Shown here: one piece after another, positions 11,001 to 26,000 of the stretch
How positions within the stretch are numbered: the stretch's first letter is position 1
Layout: the number at the start of each line of letters is the position of its first letter
Assembly: GCA_964200075.2 (NCBI GenBank)
Contig: CAXNAA020000015.1
Coordinates: forward strand, 1-37,715
Length of the DNA stretch: 37,715 nt
Source: Sphacelaria rigidula
Lineage: Eukaryota
Direction of reading: 5' to 3'
Position numbers and translations under genes: made by a program
The notes under the pieces: model-generated
Database searches by the model: none
Told to the model about the DNA's origin: nothing
Seen by the model: only the letters and a program-made list of their open reading frames with translations

Positions 11001-14000
11001 GCGATCGGGGGTAAAGTGGCAGAGGACGCCGCCGCATCCAGGCACGAGGACGTGGCTGTCGCAGAGGTGCGCGATGTGCTGTCGGCAGAACCAGAGGGAG
11101 ATGATTTGACAGCGGCGGACGTGACCGTAGCTCTTTTGTCAAACGCTGACGAATATAGCCGGGCGGTGGCGGCTGAGGCAACGACCGACGGAGGTGCTAC
11201 TGGTCGTGTGGACGACCCGGACTCTGAGGGTGAGGCCCGCGAGCTGTTAGATCAGGCGATCGTCGCGGGGAGTAGTGCCGTAGGTGCTTCGATAGAGGCT
11301 CTCGAGGGGCAGGAGAACGTTGGATCGCCTCAACAGCAAGCTAAGGATGGTGTGGTCAGTGCGGTAGAACCGGAGTCAGTGTCTGCATCTCCGGTCGAGG
11401 CCACCGTGGCAGACGGTGAGGAGGAAGTGGATGCCGCTCCATCTAGACACGAGCAGGTTACTGAGACAGACGCGCGCGATGTGCTATTGGTAGGCGCCGC
11501 GGCCGATGACTTGACAATGACGGACACGACCACAGCTCTTCCGTCGAACGCTGATGAAGGCAGCCGGGCATCGGTGGTCGACGCAGCTGCCGACGGAAGT
11601 GCTGCTGGTCGTGAGGACGACCCGGACTCTAAGGGTGCAGCCCGCAAGCTGGTCGAGCAGCCGATCGCCACGGCGGATAGTCCCGTGCGTGCTTCGACAG
11701 AAGTGACGGCTGCTGACGGACAGGAGAACATCGGATCGCTTCACCAGCAAGCTACGGACGATCTGGCTAATGCGGCAGATTCGGAGTCGACGAATGCTGC
11801 TCTGATCAAGGCCGCCGCAACCGTGGTTGAGGTGAAACGGGACACCGGTGGATCGGGACAGGAGCAGGTGGCTGTCGCAGAGGTGGGCGATGTGCTGTTG
11901 GCAGGCGCAGTGACCGATGACTTGACTGTGGCGGATATGGCCACAGCTCCTACTTTAAGCGCTGACGAAGCTGACCGGGAGTTGGCGGCTGGGGCAGTGG
12001 CCGATGTACGTCCTGCTGGTGATGTGGACGACCCCGAGGCTGAGGGTGTAGTCCACGAACTGATCAAGGGGCCGATCGCCGCCGTGGATAGTGCTGTGCG
12101 TGCGTCGATAGGGGCGATGACTATTGACGAGCGAGAAAATGTCGCATGTCCTAACCAGCAAGCTGAGAACGATGTGGCCAGTACCGCAGATCCAGAATCG
12201 ACGACTGCTGCTCCCGTCGAGGTCGCCGCAGCCGCGGGCGAGGTGGAAATGGACGGCGCCGCATCTGAACACGAGCAGGTGGCTGTCACGGTGGTGGGCG
12301 GTGTACTGTCGGCAGGCGCCGAAGCAGATGACTCGAGCGTGATGGACATGACCACAGCTCCTCCTACGAGCACTGGTGGAGATGGCAAGGCATCGACGTC
12401 CGACGCGGTGGCCGACGAAGTTGCTGGTCGTCGTATGGATGACACGGAATGTGAAAGTAAAGCTCACGAACTTATCGAGCAGCCGATCAATGTAGTAGAT
12501 GGCCCCGTGGGCGCTTCAAATGAGGTGATGACTGTCAATGGGAAGGAGATCGTGGAAACACCTCACCAGCATGCTACGGAGGATGTGGCCAATACGGCAG
12601 ATTTGGAGGCCACGACTGCATCTCCCGTCGAGGCCCACGCGGCCTGGGGCGAAGTGGGAGTGAATGTCGTGGAATCCGGACATGAGCAGGCGGCTGTCGT
12701 AGAGGTGGAAGGTACGCTGTTGGCAGGCGCAGAGATCGACGAACGCGCCATAACGGACATGACCACTGCTCTTCCCTTGAACGCTGATGGAAATGGCCAG
12801 GCATCGGCGGCCGAAGTAGTGGTCGATGGACATGCTCGTGGTGGTGTGGTCGATCCGAACGTCAGCGGTGCACCCTGCAAACCGACCGAGCCGGCCATCG
12901 CTGCGGTGGGTAGTCCCGTGAGTGCTTTGGTAGAGTCAAGGGCTGTTGGAGAGCTAGAGAATATCGGATCGCGTCACCTGCAAGCCGCTGGCGACGTGGC
13001 CAGTGCGGCAGATCTGGAGTCCAAGACTGCCGTTCCGGTCGAATCTACCGCGACCGGGGGCGAGGTGGAAGTCGGATCTGCCGTATCCAGACACGAGCAG
13101 GCGATTGTCGCAGAGGCGTGCGACGTGCTGTTGGCACGCGACGAGGCGAAAGACTCGATCGTGGCGGACATGACTACTACCCCCCCCTCGAACGCAGTTG
13201 GAGATGGCCCGGAGTCGGCGGCCAAGGCAGTGGCCGACGGAAGTGCTACTGGTCGTTTGGACGACCAAGACTCTGAGGGTGCTGCAGCCTGCAAACCAAT
13301 CGAGAAGCCAATCGCCGCGATGAGGAGTTCCGTGGGCGCCTCGATAGAGGCGACTGCTGCTGACGGACAAGGGAACATCGGATCCCCTGAGCAGCAAGCT
13401 ACTGGCGATGTGGCCAGTGCGGCAGATCCGCGGCCCACAACTGCTGCTCCAGTCGAGGCCGCTGCGACCGGAGGCGAGGTGCGAGTGGAGAACACTGTAT
13501 CCGGACACGAGCAGGCGCCTGTCGCAGAGGCGGACAATGCTCTGTCGGCAGGCGCAGAGGTCGACGAATTCACCGTGGCGGACATGATCACAGCTCCTCG
13601 CTCGAGCGCTGATGAAGGTAGCCGGGCGCCGGCGGCCGAGACAGTAGTCGACGTACGTGCTGCTGGTCGTGTGGACGACCTCGGTTCTGAGGGTGGAGCC
13701 CGCGAACTGATCGAGAAATCGGTTGTCGTGGTGGATAGTCCCGTGGGTGCCTCAATAGAGGTTGATGTGCAAGAGAACTTAGGATCGTCTGTCCATCAAG
13801 CTACTGACGATGTGGTCGGTGCCGCAGATCCCGGATCCATGACTGCTGCTCAGGTAGAGGCTACCGCGATCGGGGGTGAGGTGGAGGGGAGGGCCGCTGC
13901 ATCAAACCACGAGCAGTCGGCTGTCGCAGAGGCGGACGAGGTTTTGTTGACAGGCGCAGAGGTCGGCGAATCCGCTGTGGCGGACTCGCTGACAGCTCCT

Positions 14001-17000
14001 CTCACGAATGCTGATAAAGATGACCCGGCGCCGGCGGCCAAGACAGTGGCCGACGACCGTTCTGCTGGCCGCGTGGACGACCCGGACGCTGACGGTCGAG
14101 TCCTTAAATTGATCGAGCAGCCGATGGACGCCGTGGATAGTCCGCTGAGTGCTTTCACAGACGCGACGACTGTTGATGGACAAGAGCTCGTCGGATCGCG
14201 TTACCAGCAAGCTGCGGGCGATGTGGTCAGTGCGGGGGATCTGGAGTCGACAACTGCAGCTGCGGTCAAGGCCGCCGCAACCGGGGGCGAGAAGGAAGCG
14301 GATGCCGCGGTATTCGGACACGAGCAGGCGACCGTGGCAGAAGTGAAAGATGCGCCGACGACGGGTGCAAAGGAAGACGAACCCGCCATAGCGGCACCGA
14401 CCACAGCTCTTCCAACGAACGCTAATGAAGATGAGCCGGCGTCGGCGACCGAGGCAGTGACCGATGTAAGCTCTACTGGTTGTGTGTACAATCTGGATTT
14501 GGAGGGTGCAGCCCGCGAACCAATCGAGCAGCCGATCCCCGTAGTGGATAGTCCTGTCGATGCTTCGATAGACACGGCGGCTGTTGACGGAAGCGACAAA
14601 ATCGGGTTGGCTGACCAGGAAGCTACTGGCGATGGAGCCAGTGCGAAAGATCTGCAGTCCACGACTGCTGCTCCGGTCGAGGCCAGCGTGACCGAGGGTG
14701 AGGTGGAGGTGGGCGGTGCTGTACCTGGACACGAGCAGGCGACGGTCGCAGAGGCGGACGATATATTGTCGGCAGGCGCGGAGGTCGACGAATCCGCCGT
14801 GGTGCACATCACCGCAGCCACTTCCCCGAACTCCGATGGAGATGGCCGGGCATTGCCGGCCGAGGCAGTGACCGACGAGCGTGCTGCTGGTTGTGTGGAC
14901 AACGCAAATGCTGAGCGTGCAGCCCTTGATCTGATCGAGCAGCCGATCGCCGCAGTTGATAGTCTCGTCAGTGCTTCGATAGACACGGCAGCTGTTGACG
15001 GGCAAGAGAACGTAGGATCGTCTGACCATCAAGCTACCGGTGATGAGGCCAATGCGGCCGATTCGGAGTCGACGATCGCTGCTCCGATCGAGTCAACCGC
15101 GACCGGGGGCGAGGTGGAGATTGACGCCGCCGTATCTGGGCACGAGCAGGCGGTTGTGGCAGAGGTCGACAAATTAGCCATGGCGGACACGACGACAGGT
15201 CCTCCCACGAGCGCTGACGAAGATGCCCTGGTGTCGGGGGCCGATTCTGTGGTTGATGAAATTGCTACTGGTCGTGTAGGCGACCCGGACGCTAAGGATG
15301 CAACGCTTGAACGGATCGAGCAGCCGACCGCTGCGGTGGATAGTCCCGTGCGTGCTTCGATAGAGTTAACGGCTGTTGACGGCCAAGGCAATATCGAATC
15401 GGCTGACCCGCAATCTACTGGTGATGTGGCCGGTGTGGTAGATCCCGAGTCGACGACCGCTGCTTCGGTAGAGGCTAGCGAGGCCAAGAGTGAGGTGGAG
15501 GTGGGCGGCGCGTTTTCTGGACACGAGCAGGTGGCTGCTGCAGAGGCGAATGATGCGCTGTCGGCAGGCGCAGGGATCGACGAATCCGCCGTGGTGCACA
15601 ACACCACGGCCCCTTCCCCGAACGCCGACGGAGATGACCGGGCATCGCCTGCCGAGACAGTGGCAGAAGAACGTGCTTCTGATCGTGTGAGCGGCCTGAG
15701 CTCTGAGTGTTCAGCCTTTGAACTGATCGAGCAGCCGATCGTCACGGTGGATAGTCCCGTCGGTGGTTTGATAGACACGGCGGCTGTTGATAGGCAACAA
15801 AACGTAGGATCGCCTGACTATCAAGCCACCGGTGATGAAGTTAATGTGGTAGACCCGGACTCCACGACTGCTGTTCCTGTCGAGGCGGCCGCGACCGGGG
15901 GCGAGGTGGAGATGGACGCCGCCGCCTCAGCACACGAGCAGGTGGCTGTGGCAGAGGCGGACGATATATTGTCGGCGGACGCAAAGATCGACGAATCCGC
16001 CATGGCGGCGACAGCTCCTCCCACTAACGCTGATAGCGACGACCCGGCGTCTGGGGCCGAGGCAGTGGTCGATGTAGGTTCTATTGGTGGTGTGGACGAC
16101 CTCGACGTCAAGGGTGCAGCCCGTGAGCCAGTCGAGCAGCCGATCGCCGCGGTGGATAGTCCCGTGAGTGTTTCGATAGAATCGACAGCTATTGACAGGC
16201 AAGAGGACTTTGAAGCGCCTGACCCACGAGCTACCAGCGATGTGGCCGGTGCGGCCGATCCCGAGCGGACGACCGCTGCTCCTGTCGAGGCGGCCGCGAC
16301 CGGGGGCGAGGTGGAGATGGACGCCGTCGCCTCAGCACACGAACAGGTGGCTGTGGCAGAGGCGGACGATATATTGTCGGCGGGCGCAAAGGTCGACGAA
16401 TTCGCCATGGCGAACGCGACGACAGCCCCTCCCACTAACGCTGATAGTGATGACCCAGCGTCGAGGGCCGAGGCAGTGGTCGATGTAATTGCCACTGGTC
16501 GTGTAGACCCAGACGCTGAGGGCGCAGCCTTTGAAGTGATCGAGCAGCCGATCGCCGCGGTGGACTGTCCCGTCGGTGGTTCCACGGAGTCGACGGCTGT
16601 TGGCGGGCAAGACAATATTGAATCGGCTGACCAGCAAGCTACTGGCGATGTGGCCAGCGTGGTAGATCCCGAGTCGACGACTGCTGCTCCGGTCAAGGCC
16701 GGCACAGCCGAGGTTGAGGTTGAGGTGGACGTGGATGGCGCGGTATCTGGACACGAGCAGGCGGCTGTCGCAGAGGCGGACGATGCGCTGTTGGAAGGCG
16801 CAGAGGTCGACGAATCCGCCGTGGTGCACATCACCATGGCCCCTTCCCCGAACGCTGACGAAGATGGTCGTGCATCACCAGTCGAGACAGTGCTCGACCA
16901 ATGTGCTTCTGATCGTGCGGAAGACCCGGAAAGTAAGGGTGCACCCCTCGAACTGATCGAGCGAAATGCCGTAGTGGATAGCCCCGTCGGTGCTTCGACA

Positions 17001-20000
17001 GATCCAGCGGCTGTTAACGGGCAAGAGAACGTCGGTTCGCGTCAACAGCGAAATACTGGCGACGAGATCAGTGCGGCAGATCCGACCTCGACTACTGCTG
17101 CTTGGGTCGAGGCCACCGCGACCGGGGGCGAGGTGGAGCTGGGCGGCGTCGTATCTGAACACGAGCAGACGGCTGTCGCAGAGGCGGACGGTGCATTTTC
17201 GGCAGACATAGACGTCGACGAATCCGCCGTGCACATCATCCCGAAAGCCGATGAAGATGACCGGGCATCGTCGGCCGAGACAGTGGCCGACCAACGTGCC
17301 GCTAATCGTGTGGACGACTCGGACGCGAACGGTGCAGCTCTTGAACTGATCGAGCAGCCGATGATCGCAGTGGACAGTCCCGTGGGTGCATTGACAGACG
17401 CGACGACTGTTGACGGGCAAGAGGATCTAGGATCGCTGGAACAGCAAACTACCGGCGATGAGGTCCGTGCGCCAGATCCGGAGTCTATGACTGCTGCTGC
17501 GGTCGAGGGGACCGCGACCAGGGGTGAGGTAGAGGTGGGCGCATCCGCATCAGCACACGAGCAGGCAGCTTGCAGCCGCATCAGCACACGAGAGGCGAAC
17601 GAGATATTGTTAACAGGCGCAGAAGCCGACGAATCCGCCATGGTGGACACGACGACGGCTCCTCCCACGAACGCTGATGAAGATGACCCGGCGCCGGCGG
17701 CCGAGGTAGTGGTCGATATAACTTCATCCGGTGGAGTGGACGACCTCGACGCCAAGGGTGCAGCCCGCGAACCGATCAAGCCGCCGATCATTGTCGTTGA
17801 TAGTCCCGTCGGTACTTCGATAGACACGGTGGCTGTTGACGGGCAAGAGGACGTAGGATTGCCTTACCAGCAAGCTACCGGTGATGTGGTCAGTGTAGCT
17901 GATCCAGAGTCGACGACTGCTGCCCGGGTCGAGGCGACCGCGACCGAGGGTGGGGCGAAGGTGGGCGCCGCCGCATCAGCACTCCAGCAACCGACTATCG
18001 TAGAGGCGGATGATATGTTGTCGGTAGGCGTAAAGGTTGATGAATCCGCCATGGCGGACACGACGACAGCTCCTCCCACGAAGGCTGATGGAGATGGCCC
18101 GGCGCCGGCAGCCGAGGCAGTGGTCGATGTGAGTGATACTGATGGTGTGGACGACTCCGACTCCGAGAGTGCAGCCTACGAACCGATCGAACAGCCGATC
18201 GTCGTGATGGAGAGTCTCGTGAGTATTCCGGTAGAGTCGACAGCTGTTGACGGGCAAGAGAACGCGGGATCGGCCGACCAGCAAGCTAACGGTAATGAGG
18301 CCAGAATGGACGACCCGGAGTCGACGACTGCTGGCCCGGTCGAGGCGGCCGCGACCGGGGGCGAGGTGGAGGTGGGTGCTGCGGTATCCGGATACGGGCA
18401 GACGGCTGTGGCAGAGGCGCACGATATATTGTCGGGAGACGCAGAGGTCGATGAATCCGTCATGACGGACACGACGACAGCTCCTCCCACGAACGCTCAC
18501 GAAGATGACCCGGCGTCAGGGACCAAGGAATTGGTCGATGAAAGTGCCACTGGTCGTGGGGACGACGCGAACGCTGAGGGTGCAGCCCACAAACACTTCG
18601 AGCAGCCGTTCGCCGCGGTGGATAGTCCCGTAGATGTTTCGGTAAACGCAACAGCTCTTGACAAGCGAGAGAATGTAAGTTCGCCTGATCAGCAAGCTGC
18701 CGGTGATGCGACCAGAGTAGCCGATCCGACGTCGACGACTGCTGCTCCGGTCGAGGTGGTCGCGACCCGGGGCGAGGTGAAGATGGGCGCCACCGCATCA
18801 GTACACGAGCAGGTGGCTGTGGCTGACGTGGAAGATGCATGGATGGTGGGCGCAGCTGTCGGCGAATCCGTCATGGCGGACACGACGACTGCTCCTGTCA
18901 CAAAAGCTGACGAAGATGACCCTGCGTCGGCGGCCGAGGCAGTGGTCGATGCAAGTGCTAATGGTCGTGTTGATGACCCGGACGCTAACGGTGCAGCCCT
19001 CAAATCAATCGAGCAGGCGATCACAGTCGTTGATAGTCCTGCGAGTGTTTCGATAACGTCGATAGCTGTCGACGAGCGGGAGAACGTAGGATCGCCTGTC
19101 CAGCAGGCTACCGGTGATGACGCCAGCGTGGCCGATCCGGAGTCGACGGCTGCTATTCTGGTCGAGGCGGGCGCGACCGGGGGCGAGGTGGAGATGGACG
19201 CCGCGGCGTCCGCGCACGAGCAGGTGACTGTGGCAGAGGCGGACGATGCATTGTTGATAGGCGCAGAGGTCGACGAATCCGCCCTGGCGAACAAGACGAC
19301 AGCTCCTCCTGCGAGCGCTGATGAAGATGGCCCGGCACCGGCAGCCGAGGCGGTGGTGAGTGAAATTGCCACCGATCGTGTGGACGATCCGGACGCTGAA
19401 GATGCAGACCGCCAACCGATCGAGCAGCCGATCGCCGCGGTGGGTAGTCCCGTGAGTGTTTCGATAGAGTCGACGGCTGTTGGCGGGCAAGAGAACGCAA
19501 GGTCGGTCGACCCGCAAGCTACCGGTGATGAGGCCAGTGTCCTCGATCCGGAGTCGACGGTCGCTGCTCCGGTCGAGGCGGCCGCGACCGGGAGTAAGGT
19601 GGAGATGGGCGCCGCCGCGGTATCCGGACACGAGCAGTTGACTGTTGAAGAAACGGACGATATGTTGTGGGAAGACGCAGAGGTCGATATATCCGCCATG
19701 GCAGACACGACGACAGCTCCTCCCATGAACGCTGATGAAGATGACCCGGCGTCGGCGGCCCAGGCGGAGGTTGATAAACTCGCCATCGGTCGTGTGGATG
19801 ACCCAGACGCAGAGGGTGCAGCCCGCGAACCTATCGAGCAGCCGATCAGCGCGGTGGGTATTCCCATGAGTGTTTTGTTGATAGATTCGAGGTTTGTTGA
19901 CGGGCAGGAGGAAGTAGGAACGGCTGACCAGCAAGCTACCGGTTGTGTGGCAAGGGTGCTCGATCCAGATGCGACGATCGCTGCTATGGTCGATACGACC

Positions 20001-23000
20001 GCGACCGGGGGCGAGATGGAGGTTGGTGCCGCCGCATCAACACGCGAGCAGGCGGCTGTGGCAGCGGTGGACGATATATTGTCGGCAGGGGCAGATGTCG
20101 TTGAATCCATCATGGCGGACACGACAAAAGCTCCGCCCACGAATGGTGACGAAAATGGCCCGGCGTCGGCAGCCGAGGCAGTTGTTGATAAATCCACCAT
20201 TGGTCGTGTGGACAACCCGGACGCGGACGATGTAACCCGCGAGCCGATCGAGCAGTCGATCGCCGCGGTGGGTAGTCCCGTGAGTGTTTCGATAGAGTCG
20301 ACGGCTGTTGACGGGCAAGAGATCGCGGGATCGGCCGACCCACCAGCTACCGGTGATAAGGCCAGTGTGCTCGATCCGGAGTTGACGACTTCTGGCCCGG
20401 TTGAGGCGGCCGCGACCGGGGACGAGGTGGAATACGTCGACGCGGTATCCGTACAGGAGCAGGTGACTGTGGCAGAGGCGGATGATACATTGTTGACAGG
20501 CGCAGAAGTCGATGAATCGGCCATGGCGGACACGACCACAGGTCCTCCCCCGAGCGGGGACAAAAATCATCCAGCGTCGGGGGCAAACGCAGCAGTTGAT
20601 GAAGCTGCCACCGGTCGTGTGGATGACCTGCACGCTGAGGGTGCAGCCCGCGAGCCGATCGAGCAGTCGATCGCCGCGGTGGGCAGTCCCGCGGGCGTTC
20701 CGATAGAATCAACGGCTGTCGACGGGCAAGACAACGTAGAATCGGCTGACCAACAAGCTGCAGGTGATGAAGCCAGTATGGCCGATCCGAAGTCGATGAT
20801 CGCTGCTCCGGTCGAGGTGGGCGCGATCGGGGGCGAGGTGGAATCGGTTGACACGGTATCCGTACAGGAGCAGGTGACTGTGGCAGAGGTGGACGATACG
20901 TTGTTGATAGGCGCAGAGGTCGATGAATCTGCCGTAGCGATCACGACCACAGGTCCTCCCCCGAGCGGTGACGAAAACCATCCAGCGTCGGGGGCCGACA
21001 CAGTGGTTGACGAAGCTGCCACCGGTCGTGTGGATGACCTGCACGCTGAGGGTGCAGCCCGCGAGCCGGTCGAGCCGTCGATCGCCGCGGTAGGTAGTAC
21101 CGCGGGCGTTCCGATAGAATCAACGGCTGTCGACGGGCAAGACAACGTAGGATCGGCTAACCGACAAGCTACCGGTGATGAGGCCAGTATGGCCGATCCG
21201 GAGTCGATGATCGCTGCTCCGTTCGAGGCAGGCGCGACCGGGGGTGAGGTGGAATCAGCCGACGCGGTATCCGTACACGAGCAAGTGACTGTGGCAGAGG
21301 TGGACGATACGTTGTTGACAGGCGCAGCGGTCCATGAATCCGCCATAGCGATCACGACCACAGGTCCTCCTGCAAGCGGTGACGAAGATGATCCAGCGTC
21401 GGGGGCCGACACAGTGGTTGATGTAGCTGCCACCGGTCGTGTGGATGACCCGGACGCCGAGGGTGCAGCCCGCGAGCGGATCGGGCAGTCGATCGCCGCG
21501 GTGGGTAGTCCCGCGGGTGTTTCGATAGAGTCGACGGCTGTCGACGGGCAAGACAACGTAGGATCGGCTGACCGGCAAGCTACCGGTGATGAGGCCAGTA
21601 TGGCCAATCCAGAGTCAACGATCGCTGCTCCGGTCGAGGCGGGTGCGACCGGGGGCGAGGTGGAGGTGGACGCCGCGGTACCCGGACACGAGCAAATGAC
21701 CGCGGCATACACGAGCGATGCATTGTCGAGAGATGCAGAGGTCGACGAGCCCGCCATGGCAGACACGACGACAGCTGCTCTCACGAGTGCTGACGAAGAT
21801 GGCCCGGCGCCGGTGGCCGATGCTGTGATTGATGTAATTGCCACCGATCGTGTGGACGACCCCGACGCGGAGGGCGCAGCCCGCGAACCCGTCGAGCAGT
21901 CGATCACCGCAGTTGATAGTCTCCTGGATGTGTCGATAGAGTCGACGGCTGTTGACGCAGGGTTGGCTGACCAGCAAGCTACCGGTGATGTGGCCAGTAT
22001 GGCAGATTCGAAGTCGACGATCGCTGCCCCGGTCGAGGCGGCCGCGACGGGGGGCGAGGTGGAGGCGAACGCCGCGGTATCCGGAAATGCGCATGTGACT
22101 GTGGCAATCGCGGACGATACATTGTTGACATGCGCAGAAGTCGATGAATTCGCCCTGGTAGACACGATGACAGCTCCTCCCACCAACGGTGTCCAAGATG
22201 GCCCGGCGACGGCGGCCGAGGTAGTGGTCGATGTAATTGTCACCCGTTGTGTGGACGACCTCGACGCCCAGAGTGCCGCAAGCGTACCCATCGAGCAGGC
22301 GATCGCCGCGGTAGGTAGTCCTGTGAGTGTTTCGATAGAGTCGACGGCTGTTGACGGGCAGGAGGAAGTAGGATCGGCTGATCAGCAAGGTACTGGTGAT
22401 GAAGCTAGTGTGGCTGCTCCGGAGTCGATGACTGCTGCTGCGGTTGATGCAACCGCGACCAGGGGCGCGGTGGAGGTTGGCGCCGCCGCATCAGCACACG
22501 AGCAGGCGACTGTGGCGAAGGCGGACGATGTAGTATCGGCAGGCGCAGAGGTCGACGAATCTGTCATGGCGGACACGACGACAGCCTCTCCCTTGAATGC
22601 TGACGAAGATGGCCCGACGTCGGCGGCCGAGGCAGTGGTTGGTGTAATTGCCACCGGTCGTGTGGACGACCCGGGCGCTGAGGGTGCAGCCCTCGAAGCC
22701 ATCGAGCAGCCGATCGCCGCGGTTGGCAGTTACGTGAGTGTTATGATAGAGTCGACGGCTGTTGACGGGCAGGAGGAAGTACAACCGCCTGGTCAGCAAG
22801 CTACCGATGAGGCCAGAGTGGCTGATCCAGAGTCGACGACTTCTGCTACGGTCGATGCGACCGTGACCGGGGGCGAGATGGAGGTGAGCGCTGCCGCCTC
22901 AGCACACGAGCAGGTGGCTGTGGCAGACGTGGACGATATACTATCAGCGGGCGCAGCTGTCGACGAATCGGCCATGGCGGTCACGACGAAAGCTCCTGCC

Positions 23001-26000
23001 ACGAACAGTGAAGAAGGTGGCCCGGCGTCGGGGGTCAAGGCAGTGGTCGATGTAATTGCAACCGGTCGTGTGGGCGACCCGGACGCTGAAGATGCAGTCC
23101 GCGAACTTGTCAAGCAGTCGATCGCCGCGGTGGGTAGTCCCGTGAGTGTTTCGGTAGAGTCGACGGCTGTTGACGGGCAAGAGAACGCAGAATCGGCCGA
23201 TCAGCAAACTACCGGTGATGAGGCCAGTGTGGCAGATCCGGAGTCGACGACTGCTTGCCCGGTTGAGGCGGCCGCGATCGGGGGCGAGGTGGAATCGATC
23301 GGCGCGGTATCCGTATACGAGCAGGTAATTATGGCAGAGGCGGACGATACATTGTCGACAGTCGCAGCTGCCGACGGATCCGCCATAGCGGTCACGACGA
23401 CAGCTCCTCCCACGAACAGTGACAAAACCAATCCAGCGTCGGGGGCCGACGTAGTGGTTGATTTAGCTACCACCAGTCGTGTGGATGACCCGGACGCCGA
23501 GGGTGCAGCCCGCGAACCAATCGAGCAGTCGATCGCCGCGGTAGGTAGTCCCGGGGGTGTTTCGATAGAGTCGACGGCTGTTGACGGGCAAGACAACGTA
23601 GGATCGGCTGACCAGCAAACTACCGGTGATGAGGCCAGTGTGACCAATCCGGAGTCGATGGTCGCTGCCCCGGTCGAAGCGGGCGCGACCGGGGGCGACG
23701 TGGACATGGAGGCCGCGGTATCCGGACACGAGCAGGTGACTGTGGCAAAGACGGACGATACATTGCTGACACGCGCAGCTGTCGACGAATCCGCCATGGC
23801 GGACACGACGATAGCTCCTCGCACGAACGCTGACGAAGACGGCCCGGCGCCGGCGGCCGAGGCAGTGGTCGATGTAATCGCCACCGGTCGTCTGGACGAC
23901 CTCGACGCCGAGGGTGCAGCCCGCCAGCCCATCGAGCAGCCGATGACCGTCGACGATAGTCCCATGAGTGTTTCGATAGGGTCGACGGCTGTTGACGGAC
24001 AGGCGGGAGTAGGATCGGCTGATCAGCGAGCTACCGCCAGTGTGGCCGCTCCGGAGTCAATGACTGCTGCTCCGATTGATGTAACCGCGACCGGGGGCGA
24101 GATGGAGGTGGCCGCCGCCGCATCAGCACACGAGCAGGCGACTGTGGCAGAGGCGGACGATATAGCATCGGCAGGCGCAGAGGTCGACGAATCTGTCATG
24201 GCGGACACGACGACAGCTCCTCCCACGAACGGTGACGAAGATGGCCCGGCGTCGGCGGCCGAGGCGGTGGTTGATGAACTTGCCACCGGTCGTGTGGACG
24301 ACCCGGACGCTGAGAGTTCAGCCCGTGAACCAACCGAGCAGCCGATCGCCGCGGTAGGTAGTCCTGTGAGTGTTTCGATAGAGTCGACGGCCATTGACGG
24401 GCGGGAGGGAGTAGGATCGGCTGACCAGCAAGCTTCCGGTGATGAGGCCAGTGTGACCGATCCGGAGTCGACGGTCGCTGCTACGGTCGATGCGACCTCG
24501 AGGTGGGGCGAGATGGAGTCGGACGCCGCGGTATCTGGACACAAGAAGACGACTGCAGCAGAGGCGAATGATATATTATCGGCAGGCGCAGCTGTCGACG
24601 AATCCGCCATGGCGGACACGACGATAGCTCCCCCAATAAACGGTGACGAGGAAAATCCGGCGACGGGGGCCAAGGCAGTCGTCGATGTGAGTACTACTGG
24701 TCATACGGACGACCCGGACGCTGAGGATGCAGACGGTGAACCAATCGAGCAGCCGATCGTCGCTGTTGGTAGTCTCGGGAGTGTTTTGATAGAATCGATA
24801 GCTGTTGACCGGCGAGAGAACGCAGGATCGACCGATCAGCAAACTACCGGTGATGAGGCCAGTGTGGTAGACCCGCAGTCGACAATCGCTGCCCCGCTCG
24901 AGGCGGCCGCGACCGGGGGTAAGGTGGAGTCGGTCGCCGCGGTATCCAGACACGAGCAGGTGGCTGTGGCAGAGGCGGACGATACATTGTCGACAGGCGC
25001 CGGTGCCGACGAATTCGCCCTGGCGGACACGACGACAGCTCCTCCTACAAACGCTGATGAAGATAGCCCGGTGCCGGGGGCCGAGGCAGTGGTTGATAAA
25101 CTCGCCACCAGTCGTGTGGACGACCCGGACGCTGAGGGTGCAGCCCGCGAGCCGATCGGGCAGTCGATCGCCCCGGTGGGTAGTCCCGTGAGTGTTTCGA
25201 TGGAGTCGACGGCTGTTGATGGACAAGAGAACGCAGGATCGGCTGACCGGCAAGCTGCCGGTGACGAGGTCAGTGTGGCCGATCCGGAGTCGAGGACTGC
25301 TGTTACGGTCGATGCGACCACGACCGGGGGCGATGTGGAAGTGAGCGCAGCCGCATCAGCACACGAGCAGGCGGCTGTGGCAGAGGCGGACGATATAGTA
25401 TCGGCAGGCGCAGCCGCTGACGAATCCGCCATGGCGGACACAACAACATGTCCTCCCACGAACGGCAACGAAGATGGCCCGGCGTTGGCGGCCGAGGCAG
25501 TGGTAGATGCAAGTGCAACTGGTCTTGTGGACGACCCGGACGCTGAGGATGCAGCATGCGAACTCATCGAGCAGCCAATCACCGAGGTGGATAGTCCGGC
25601 GGGTGTTTCGATAGAGTCGACGGCTGCTGACGGGCAAGACAACGTAGGATCGGCTGACCAGCAAACTACCGGTGATGAGGCCAGTGTGGCAGATCCGGAG
25701 TCGATGATCGCTGCCCCGGTCGGGGCGGCCGCAACCGGGGGTGAGGTTGAGGTGAACGCCGCGGTACCCGGACACGAGCAAGTGACTGTGGCAGAGGCCC
25801 ACGATACATTATCGGGAGGCGCAGAGGTCGACGAATCCACCATAGCGGACACGACGACAGCTCCTCACGCGAACTTCGATGAAGATGGCCCGGCACCGGC
25901 GGCCGAGGCAGTGGTCGATACAATTGTCACCCATTGTGTGGACGACCCCGACGCTGAGGGTGCAGACCTCGAAGCGATCGAGGATCCCTTCGCCGGGGTG

